From the NCBI RefSeq assembly GCF_000743755.1, contig NW_014569503.1:1-64000 (forward strand): a stretch of 64,000 nt of DNA, read 5' to 3'. The position numbers and the translations under genes were made by a program. The DNA comes from Blastocystis sp. subtype 4 (taxonomy: Eukaryota). This document shows positions 46,560-57,000 of the stretch, in pieces (position 1 is the first letter of the stretch; every line of letters starts with the position of its first letter). The notes beneath the pieces were generated by a model, which was given only the letters and a program-made list of their open reading frames with translations, ran no database searches and was not told where the DNA came from.

Positions 46560-47645
46560 ATGGAGGACCAAACACTACTCCGATCAGAACACAAGAAATT
46601 AGTGGTGCGAAAGTACCCAACCTTTGTATACTTGCTTGTTGGTCTCTGCGGGTTCATTATTGTGTATTTTCTATTTAGCTCCGTTTCTGGTTTTGTAACG
46701 TCTCGGAATCTACGAACTGATGCATTCCGCAATGGTCTATTTGATGTTTATATCGTTTCCGATTTGGACAAGAAGAGCAAGGTTCAGTCAGACAAGAAAG
46801 GAAAATGGCGGAGTGTGATGAAGAAAGGTCAGTTGAAGAGAATGGATAACGGAATGTATAGTATTCAGTGGATTTCCGATACCGAGTTGTTTACCAAGAT
46901 CAGTGAAGCAGGTCGAGGAATGGAATTGAGTGCTTTGGTGGAGTTCAACCGACGTCTGTTCACCTTCGATGACCGTACGGGTCTTGCATTTGAAATTGTC
47001 GGCAAGAAGGCGATCCCACGCTATATTATGATGGAGGGTGATGGAAACACTGACAAAGGCCAGAAGACAGAGTGGGCTACAGTGAAAGATGGAAAGATGT
47101 ATGTAGGTAGTTTTGGCAAAGAGTACACCAATCCTGATGGTTCGATCAAAAACACCAATAATATGTGGATTTCCATTATTGACAGGAATGGTGTGGTGAC
47201 ACATGAGGATTGGACAGATCAGTTTAACAAGCTCCGTGAAGCTGTTGGATGTCCATATCCTGGGTATATGATTCATGAGGCGATTACCTGGTCTCCAGTT
47301 CGTCGTCAATGGGTAATTCTGCCTCGTCGTGTGAGCAAGGAAGCTTATGATGAGAATGAAGATGAACGTCGCGGCTCGAATACTGTGATTTTTGCTTCAG
47401 AGGACTTCAGCAAGATTGAGGTGAAGCACATCACTCCATTGACACCAACACGAGGTTTTTCTGACTTCAAATTCCTGCCTGGTTCAAAGGACCAAATTAT
47501 TGTGGCTCTGAAGAGTGAAGAGAATGAGGAGGCACAGACTCAGAATACATACATCACAGTATTTGATGTGAATGGAAAGATCTTGATGGAAGAGACAGAG
47601 ATTCCAGGAATGATGAAGTTTGAGGGATTAGAGTTTAGAGTATAA
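46560..47645 (+). CDS. CANT1: Calcium-activated nucleotidase / apyrase (CANT1-like), intronless
   Basis: N-terminal TM; SDLD, GRGMELSAL, FDDRTG, KTEWATVKD, GSFGKE, GYMIHEA, LPRR, RGFSDFKF, KFEGLEF. Confidence 0.95.
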   Translation: MEDQTLLRSEHKKLVVRKYPTFVYLLVGLCGFIIVYFLFSSVSGFVTSRNLRTDAFRNGLFDVYIVSDLDKKSKVQSDKKGKWRSVMKKGQLKRMDNGMYSIQWISDTELFTKISEAGRGMELSALVEFNRRLFTFDDRTGLAFEIVGKKAIPRYIMMEGDGNTDKGQKTEWATVKDGKMYVGSFGKEYTNPDGSIKNTNNMWISIIDRNGVVTHEDWTDQFNKLREAVGCPYPGYMIHEAITWSPVRRQWVILPRRVSKEAYDENEDERRGSNTVIFASEDFSKIEVKHITPLTPTRGFSDFKFLPGSKDQIIVALKSEENEEAQTQNTYITVFDVNGKILMEETEIPGMMKFEGLEFRV

Positions 47646-47684
47646 AATGGTAAAGCCATCTCCTGTTTGATAAGAAACACAAAC

Positions 47685-48913
47685 TTAGTTGAATTTGCGA
47701 ATTTGAATCTCCTCTTCATCCTCTCCAATCTCAATAGCATCAGCAATCACTTTCTCTTCTATCGTGTCGATTCGTGGTGTTTCTGTTGGAATTTCCTCCA
47801 TTTCCGTAGCAAGAGGCAGTGGTTTAGGACTTTCTTTGGGAATCGGCGCAGTTTTGTAGAGGTAAATAGCAATAGACAGATTGACCACAGCAAGGTCAAA
47901 CGGAAGGGACAGATCCAAGTTGAATACAAATGCCGAAATAATGGATGTGATCACTAGAGAAGCTGATGATGTGAATGCCTTGACAACGGACGATAAGTAC
48001 TTCAAAATCGCTCCTGTAATTAACCCCATATACACAGTACTAAACATTACTATCTTCACTCAATCATACCAAATCACCGTCAGAACAGCATAAATGTTGA
48101 AATTGTCAAAAGTCATCTTGTGAATGAAAGAATAACCGTTCTCAATAAACATGAAGACGAAGTTCACCACAGCTCCCCAACTAATCATCACAACTTCCTC
48201 ACATTCCTACAAATACAGCCAGATATTCTGCTGGAAGATTGACATATCCTTGTGAGATTTCATCAGCTTTTCAATTGTCACTCCAGCAGCTGCAACCACA
48301 GCACTGCTAATCACTGTAAGAACAGCAGGATATATCGGAAAGTCACTAAACGAATCTGAAGAAGAGCGAGCCAATTGGACGGAGGCTACTGAGTCACACA
48401 TCAGCAACATTGCTGCCCAATGAATGCCAGACAATCTAGTAATCAGAGACCAGTACAAACGTACTTCTTCTTTAGAATCACTACAGAGAAGACTCCAACT
48501 ATAACAGTTTCTAAAGACCCGAACACTTGAAGAGTGACAGGTGAATCAACAATCGAAAGAATATAATAGTACATATATTGACCAATAGCGTACAGGAATG
48601 CAGGAATGGACCACATCATAATCTCTTTAAATGTAAACGACTTCCGGATCTCCGGTTCCTTTGTTTCTTTGTACCGAAAAATCACAAACGATATCAATAG
48701 TTTCAGTGCCTATGTTTTACTCAAGAACCGACTCATACTTCAATCAATAGGGATGCCATAACAGGAGAATAGTCATATTCTCCATTCTCATTCTTTGATA
48801 GCTACAGAGATTATAGGAAAGACGTTGCAGTGTACCGCAGTGAGAACTCCGCGAATCGAGTGTGTTACGATTGAAGAAGCAATCAAGAATGATTTCAGCA
48901 GCAAATCTCCCAT
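47685..48913 (-). CDS. Nucleotide-sugar transporter (SLC35A family)
   Basis: YDYSPVMASLLIEALKL, WSIPAFLYAI, AGVTIEKLMK, QQNIWLY, GAILKYLSSVVKAF. Confidence 0.9.
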
Positions 48914-49099
48914 GAGTCCGATAAACCAAATGACTCAGCACCTTTTAGATACGATTTGCTGCTCATTTAAAGAGGTGATCTGAGAATCGGAATTCCAATT
49001 CCACAATCGATAAGTAAGATTCCAAAAGTACTAACGATTCGGGGATCATGAATACACGATAGTTTTCTCCCATTCCTTCTGATCGCTAGACTTTCAAAC

Positions 49100-49493
49100 A
49101 TGCCCCGTCCTGATAGTAAGGTAATGCTTCAGCCTATTGATGTAATCTTCCGTGCTCTTCAAAGTATATCCTTTTTTGAATTCCATTTGCACAATCTATG
49201 ACTGTGCATTGAATTAGAAGTCCTTAATTGGTCTACAAGACGCGTGTTCAGATTTGGCTCTTTGACCAGACAAATATTCGAATTGAGGGACAAATTAAGG
49301 TAGTAGAGTGGAAAAATTGTTGATTTGAAGGGTTTTGATGAGTACATGAACATTGTGCTGGACAGTGCCTCTGAAGTGAATATTAAAATGAAAACAAGAA
49401 AGAATTTGGGTTTTGTTTGTGTTTTGGAGTTTAGTGGTAGGTCGTATTCTTCTCAAGGGAGACAATGTTACGCTTATTCAGGAGCTCAACTAA
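49100..49493 (+). CDS. SNRPE: Small nuclear ribonucleoprotein SmE
   Basis: KVMLQPIDVIFRALQS|KTRVQIWLFDQTNIRIEGQIK|GFDEYMNIVLD...GRILLKGDNVTLIQ. Confidence 0.96.
49166..49236 (+). other. U12-type AT-AC minor intron in SmE (71 nt)
   Basis: ATATCCTTTT 5' site, TCCTTAAT branch site at 49221-49228, TAC end; phase 0, restores LQS-KTRVQIW. Confidence 0.92.
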
Positions 49494-49642
49494 CGTATCA
49501 TTTGTGTATTCTGGAATTGTTCCTATGTTTGTTGGTATTGAGGACATGGAGTCAACGAATCTTATGAATCTTGCTTTCGATAATGAATAAAGGTTATAAC
49601 CTCCAACTAATTCTAGTTGCATTCCCATTTGTTCTTGTTAGT

Positions 49643-50011
49643 ATGAGTCAAATTGTTCAGGCATACGGAAAACCATTCACAGATGAAGAGTATGAGTATC
49701 GGTAAGAGTGATAAGTGCATGTCATGTTAGTCAAGTGATTATTCGCAAAGAATGTGTTAATTTGATTCCGAAAGGTCGGCTACTATCAGAGAATGAGTGG
49801 AGAGGACTTGGAATTCAGATGAGTCTCGGATGGGAACATTATTGCATCTATAAGTATGATGACTCATTCCTTCATCTTATACTTTAGACCAGAATCCTAT
49901 ATTCTATTGTTTCGACGACCGATTGGTACCGATGGAACAACAGGTCGAGTGGATCCTCAGAAGGCTCTTCTCGGTCGTGAAAAGTTTAGAAAGGAGTATG
50001 GACTTGAGTAG
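49643..50011 (+). CDS. CKS1: Cyclin-dependent kinase regulatory subunit Cks1
   Basis: DEEYEYRQVII...RLLSENEWRGLGIQMSLGWEHY...PESYILLFRRP. Confidence 0.95.
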
Positions 50012-50125
50012 TTCCTTTCTTTCCACTCTATCACTTTTCGTTTATTGTATCTTGATTGTGCTTCCTTTTCTTTGTGTTTGTTGGCTCCATCTTTTTCCCT
50101 CCATTCATCTCCAACACCAGTTTTG

Positions 50126-51317
50126 ATGCAAGTTCGGTTGAATCCAAGACAGAATCGAAGGAAATCCCGTTCCGACTCACCCATTGTAAGAGATCATATA
50201 TCTTGTCATCCAGATATATACATGTGACTGCTGTCATTGCAGCATCTCGTTATACTCACAACGTGTTAAGTGTCTGGAATGTGAGAACACGGATTTGTGT
50301 ATGACTTGTTATAATGGACGTAAGAAGTGAGAATTCTGAACTATTTCTAGATCGAGAAACGTCATTACATCGTTCTTCCCACCGAATGATTGTAATTCCT
50401 GCACTTACTGATGAGATCTGTATCGACATCTATCCTGAATTAATCAGTGAAAGTGAACGAAAATTATATGAGGAAGCTGAAATGGAGGAAACTGATGTGG
50501 ATGATTCTGATATGACACCTCTACTAAATGAATACGTCAAATCAACTGAGGATAAACGAGAGTTGGTCTCCGCAATTGATACAGATCTTGCTTTGGAAAT
50601 TTTAGGTAGTATTAGAGGTGATTTGACATATAGATGGATTGTGCTACTTTCAATTTGATCTTGAAGGACTCTCGCGCTCTCTATCGAAACGAATATCAGA
50701 TAAACTTCTTCATAGTTATGTCTATGAGTAAGGCATGGGAAGAGATTTGATGTAGTTATGTTCTTCGCGATCCAGAATGGCATCCTGTGAATAGGAAAAC
50801 TGTAATCGAAGAGTCAGAATCAGAAACCGAAGTCAAGCCAGATGAAGATGATGTGACTCGAGAGACCTTTTCACCTACAGTTCTAGAATACATGATGAGG
50901 AATATGACTCTGGAAAGTTGTAATACAGATGTGATGTTGTGTTTGAAAGGAGTCGAACCCATTTTGCATCAATACAAACCAATGCTTATCGAGAAAACCC
51001 AACTACCTTCTCTCTTTGCTTCCACTTTGACACATAAGTCACTTCTTCCACTTCGAAATCGACTTTTAGACTATCAAAGTGGATCCTGTAGTTATATAAT
51101 CATTTGTAGAACAACTGGATCCTAAAGCAGAAATACTCAACCCTCATGATGAAGCGCAGAAGAAACGAATTGTTGCCGAATATGCCAGAAAAACACTATA
51201 TCGTCTTCCTCCACAAGAGTTGAAGAGACGAGGAACTGTGGTAACACTGGATAGCTACTATAACAAATAGAAGAGATGTCGACGGAGTCGTAAGACGAAG
51301 AAATCATTGAGATCATA
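50126..51317 (+). CDS. ZZ-type zinc finger protein (Ada2-like N-terminus); internal splicing partly uncertain
   Basis: YTCDCCHCSI...RVKCLECENTDLCMTCYNG...LHRSSHRMIVI; stop predicted via poly(A) at TA 51316-51317. Confidence 0.65.
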
Positions 51318-51321
51318 CTTT

Positions 51322-51329
51322 TGTTTGTT
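51322..51329 (+). terminator. TGTTTGTT polyadenylation element (ZZ-finger gene)
   Basis: Exact motif; in-frame TA ending at 51317. Confidence 0.8.
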
Positions 51330-51337
51330 GTCTTCCA

Positions 51338-52384
51338 CTAACAAAAAGAAGAAAGATCCATGATCTTTGTGGGATACTTATCACATCCTCCCTCGAACTG
51401 AACACTGAATGAACTTGCATTACAGCACTTCTGCACGATCTCACCTAGCTGATCCATTGAGATATTTTCAAACGAATTCTCTTTCAAATACTGATACACC
51501 AGATATCCAAATGTACCAACAAAACAATCTCCTGCACCCACAGTGTCTCGAGCAACGATGTGAGGACAACGGATTTCACGACGCTACATATCACTCCTGC
51601 TTCAATGATTCTACCTCTGATTGACGACCTACCATAGCACCCTTATCTCCACAAGTGATAATAACAATCATATCTGGATATTTATAAGTGAGAATGTCCA
51701 TAGCTCGGCAAGGATCAATCTCATCCATTCCAGTCAATAACTTGGCTTCGGTTTCATTTGGAATAAGGACATTCACAAAAGCGAATTCTTCCATATCTAC
51801 AGTAAAATCAGGAGAAGCAGGAGCCGGGTTGAGAATAGCTATAATCTTCCTTTCCGAACAGCAACGAAGAAGCCACTTTACAGTCGATAGAGGAATCTCT
51901 TGTTGTAGCACCATGATCTTACAATTCTGTAGGAACAAAGGTGAATGTAACTATAATGAAACCCTAATCATAAAAGTACTTGTTCTGGCATCAATTGAGC
52001 ATTTGCTCCAGGAACTACCACAATGGTATTTTCGCCATTTTGATCGATACAGATATTCGTTAATCCCGTCGAGTAAGCGCTATTGACGATCAAGCTTTCT
52101 TTTGTCATATGATATCGATCTAGTGTATCCATAATGATTTGAGCATTGTGATCACTTCCAACAGAAGAAACAAATGATAATATCGTTGGATCAGTAACCA
52201 ACTTGGCAATTGCCACTGCCTGATTCAGACCCTTACCACCACAACGGATTGAGAAGGATTTGGCTAAAATGGTTTCTCCTATTCATCAAACCATCCAAAA
52301 GCAATAACCAGGCTGTGGGAACTGACTTACTGTTGTTATCATATCAACATTGGATGAGCCAACAACAAGGATGGGAGAAGACAT
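51338..52384 (-). CDS. RBKS: Ribokinase (PfkB family)
   Basis: ILVVGSSNVD, PGETI, GGKGLNQAVA, GENTIVVVPGAN, LQQEIP, LNPAP, PNETEA, DTVGAGDCFVG. Confidence 0.95.
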
Positions 52385-52399
52385 CAGAAAAGACAAAAA

Positions 52400-52471
52400 T
52401 GCGTCAACCGGGAATTGAACCCGGACCTCTACCTTGGAAGGGTAGAATCCTAACCATTAGACCATTGACGC
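52400..52471 (-). tRNA. tRNA-Gly (TCC)
   Basis: GCGTCAA/TTGACGC acceptor, CTACC-CTTCCAA-GGTAG anticodon arm, GGTTCAATTCC, TTTTT terminator. Confidence 0.97.
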
Positions 52472-52536
52472 TCTAGTAGGGTTTGTTACCTCCTATTGTT
52501 CAGGATTTGGTATTCTCTTTATGACCCACCATTTCA

Positions 52537-53179
52537 ATGCGAGGAAAGCCATTTATTTCTTATTATGATCAAGCACTCAAACTCTTAAGTAACAGGCCTC
52601 ATGCGTATGGATTGAGACTGAACTGAAGGAAAGGGAAAAAGAACTGCGCCAGAAACTGAGTATTTTATCAAGGAAGCGGAGTAATCGCCGAATCTACAAG
52701 AAACATGTTCAAGAATCACATCCCAACATGGGTTTCTCATCTGTATTCGTAAATGAAGCATCTCCAGGTAGTCTGTGTTGTTTTTATTGTGAAATAGATG
52801 ATGATAAAGAGGAGATCGAGAGTGCTATTACCAAACTCAAGGAAGAAGGATATTTGAATGATAAGCAGTTTGCTGAATGGTACTGCTTACAACGACAAGA
52901 TTACAATCCTCGTAGTCAGCGTGTTCTGTATCTTGAGTTGATCACCAAAGGTGTGAGTCCTTCCATCGCAAAGGAAATTATCCATGATTATCACTGTGAA
53001 GAGGAATGTTGTAAGTCTGTTGCCTTGAGGAAAGTGGGTTGTATGTCCCACAATAAACTTGTTACCTATTTACTTGGAAAAGTAATACAATGACTAGACG
53101 TTTAATAGCACAGGGATTCGCCATGGATACAATTAAGAAGACATTGAAGACTCTTCCAGATTTTAGTCAAGATTGTTAG
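52537..53179 (+). CDS. recX: RecX-family regulator of RecA
   Basis: ALKLLSNRPHAEKELRQKL...IESAITKLKEEGYLNDKQFAEWY...RVLYLELITKGV...KLVTYLLGKGF; three short introns. Confidence 0.85.
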
Positions 53180-53308
53180 ATAGATATCTTTTTGTTTGTA
53201 ATTATTTCTTGTATTTCTTTTGAATGGATGCAATCGTCGATGTAATATTAACACAACCCTAGTATTTATTGCAAACTTGGTTTACCCTTGCTTCTTTGTT
53301 GAATTAAA

Positions 53309-53812
53309 ATGCTCGTTGATAGAAAGGATATTCTTCTTGTGTATCGCCAGCTCTTTGAGGGTAGGAAGTGGTAACACTGGTGTTTACTCTCTAGATGGAG
53401 TCTTCACCACCATTGATGACGTCCACGCCACCTACGTGCTCGGAAAGGACGAAAACGGAGAAGACATCACCATCAGCAACTTGAAGGTCATTAAGCTGCT
53501 TCAGTCTCTCTGCTCTCGTGGATATGTCAACAAGACCTACAGCTGGTGGGAATACGACAGTTGGTTGATTGTAGGTGCCATTTCTACTACACCTTGACTG
53601 ATTCTGGTCTCCAGTATCTCCGTGAGTTCCTCCACCTTCCTAACGACATTGTCCCCAACACCTACAGAAGAGTGAACCCCACTCTTCCTCGTGAGGAGAG
53701 ACCCCGCTTCCACCGTGATGGTGACAAGCCTCGTTTCCGTCGTGATGGTGAGCGTCGTCAGTACCGCAACAACCGCAGCGGTTTTGACAAGGAGCAGCCT
53801 AAGGAGAACTAA
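53309..53812 (+). CDS. RPS10: 40S ribosomal protein S10 (eS10)
   Basis: [20 protein letters not shown]...[16 protein letters not shown]...[26 protein letters not shown]. Confidence 0.95.
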
Positions 53813-54082
53813 GTTCTTCAACGACCATGCCAGATAACGAAAAGTTGTTGGTTATTCTTCAAAGGGTAACTTGGTCTCATTGTTTGTTAAGTAATCGTTG
53901 ATGTTGTATGATGTTGGATTGTTCAAGTATGAAGTCCCTTCGAAGCAGCTTCGATACTTTCATCATTTCGTATTATGTTTCTCACTAGATTCAGAGATAA
54001 TAGCAGTGGTCACTTCCGCGGGAAATTTGGAAAAATGCATTAGAACAGTAGAGATCAATCTTGTTCTGTAGCTTCTCTGTAA

Positions 54083-57000
54083 ATGGATCTATCATCTGAA
54101 GATACTGACGATTTGGCTCTTTTTCAGTGTAAGTGTTTTCGAAGCATGGTGAAAAATAGCAAATCTAGATGGGTGCCTTTACGGAATCAAGTCTTGTTTG
54201 AGCATGAAGAGCAAATTGATTGGGCGAAAGAAGTTGATGGAGCAGAGAGTCACTTGCTTTTCTCTCGTCTAATGATTAGGAAGTGATGATTGAGTCATTT
54301 CTCAATCTTATGATCAAATTACTTAGCGATCATCCAGAGATCCACGATTGTCCGTTATTACACAGTATTTATCATCTATAGTGTGTTTTGAAGAAGAATA
54401 TATCTCTGTATTATCAAAAATATTAACCGATCGTAAGAGCTTTTCTTCTCAGATTATTGTTGATGTATTGTTCATTCTCTCTTCCCATCTAGGTTTTTAA
54501 GATTTTCATCATATCTTGCTCGAATCGAAGTGCTCTATCGACATATGTAAGTCAATGCGAGGCTTCTCATGTTTCTTCTCTTATCTGGTTTGATCGACTC
54601 TTATCAACGGTTTTCCAATGTCGTTCTGACCTCGACTACGGATATTTTGCCCTCACTGCATTGTATTACATGATCTACAAGTTGGTTTTTGATCTCCACC
54701 TTAATGGTTAGTAAAGAATGTGCTCGTCAACTACGAGATGAAGGTATTTTATCAGAACTTATCATGTACACAGAGAATCTGGATGATGACAGCTTGACTC
54801 CTGGAGAGTTGCAACAGTTGGGAAACAGTATTATTGAGAAAATCATTCTCGAAGGAGGAGAAGAGACGTTACAGTATTGTTCGATTCATGAGCTTTTGCT
54901 ATTGGTAAACTGTCACAATGCTACTGCTCAACTTGCTTCATTGATCATGCTTGCGGATCTCTGTTACTGGAGTTCTATGCCTTCCTATCAACTAATATCC
55001 TATCGACAAGATGTTACAGAGTGTAGTTGTCGCTTCAAGTATGTGAATGATCCGTACATCGATTGCATTGCTGTATTTTGGGTTATGGTTTTTATTAGAA
55101 TTCATGTCTAGAAACAAGAATTACTCTATATTTACAAACGTAATGCCGATGACACAGTTGATGCGGTCCCATATTGCAAAGTGGGGTTGGATAAGGTTTA
55201 TATTGCTTATGGTTCTGCAGACTATGGAACCTATTATAATCGACTCACATTCTATTTACCTGGTGGAACACCTATCGCTCTCCAATTCCCTTCGTATTTT
55301 TGGAATTCCAAAAATCATAAGTAGAGAGGATTCATATCAGATTTGGAGTAAGAAAATGAGTCAATTTCCAGTGTATGATGTGAATTCGTATCCTTTGACC
55401 AATATGTCGAGTGGTGAATGTATGTTCAGTGATCCTTGATAACCAATAGTCCCATTCTACAATTTGAAATTTGAGATCTGTGAAGAAGACTGTATTCAGA
55501 TCACTCCAGATATTCTCCAGTCATTGAAACAGATCCTCAACACAGATATCGTTGTTCCCGAGATGTATCTTTATGTGGATTCTATGTCTTGTTCTCATGG
55601 ATAGATCGCTCGCTTGTTACATCTCGCATCGATTACAGCTGAAGGATGCGAATTGCTGATGAAGAGTGATTTGCTCCCAGATATTATGAATGTCCTTGTA
55701 AATGTGGATATTCCGTTTGTAAGCAAGAAACAAGAAGATATTGTATATCGTGACATTTTCTGGAATTCCATAATTCATAGGATATTTGACAAAGATTGAG
55801 GCAACAGATTTGGTTCTCAATATCCGAATCTATTTGGTTCAGTGTTTACATAATGTAAGAGTATTTTGGTCATTCCATAATTAGCTCTGTTATTATAACT
55901 ATGCTGTGGCTCAAATTAACTCCGACTATTCCTGGTTTTACTCTACATTAATAGAGTATTTGAATGCTGAAGAGTATCAGTCGATCGCACTAGTCATGAT
56001 TCATTTAATGGAATTACTAATTTCGAATCTATCTTCTGACAGTATCAGTCTTCTCTCAGATTTCAAGATTGAAGTGTTAGTGAGTGTTTATAATCGTCGA
56101 TACACGGAATTGAAACGATTGTTACTTCTACGAAGTATTGATCACATTCTTCGACAGTTATGTCGTTTCGGTCATTCAATGATTCAGCAACTCACACAAG
56201 GAGGAGTATTAGAATTCTTGTTAACACTTCAGCATGATGAGTCAATGGATGGTCAGCCTATTCATCGTAGTAATGAGATTCTCGATCTGTTGTACGGTCA
56301 GGAGGAGTCTGTTCATGACTTGTCATTCCATCAAATCTTTCAGTTGGTTGATACTACTGCTCCGTATGCTGTAGTCCGTGCATTAGAAGAGTTGGATCAT
56401 CGTATCGCAGATCTGTTACATCAAATCAATCCAGTACTTCGTAATCCACAAGGCTTACAACGAGCAATGTCGTTAATGTCCTTGTCCTTCCGTAGTAGCA
56501 TGTCCACTTGTTCTGTGTTCTCACGATCCCAATCAGGTGAAGAAAGTGATGAAGAACCATCTGAAGTCTTTGAGAATGACTTCTTATCACGTTCTCAAGT
56601 ATATACTAAGAATCGTGAGAAAGGATTGCAATCAGCAATGAAGTCTATTCAGGAGAGTGAATATCGTAATACTGCCTCTGCTATCAAGCATCTCTCAAAA
56701 GAACCCCTTCATTCATTATATTCTGATTCCGCACAGTCTTTGACTACACCAACTTCCTCATCCGAATCATTTCTTTATCAACAGTATGCTGAAATGACAG
56801 AATCCTTACAGATTTTGCATTCGGTATTGACTCGCGCTGGAAATCTGGCATATCCAACTGAATCACTATCTCTTCAATACAGCATTCTTCGTCGCTTAGG
56901 CCAGGTACTTCGTCATTACTGTGAGAGTGAACGATTATGTGATCAACTTTGGCGAGATCAGGTCATCAAAGATTTGTTTGCAGCTGTGGGCTATGCCAAA

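Noticed and set aside
55388..55449. Apparent GT-AG U12 intron (GTATCCTTT...TCCTTGAT...TAG)
   Set aside because: Removing it leads to a stop within 8 codons; a 30-nt U2 intron at 55420-55449 keeps the frame open
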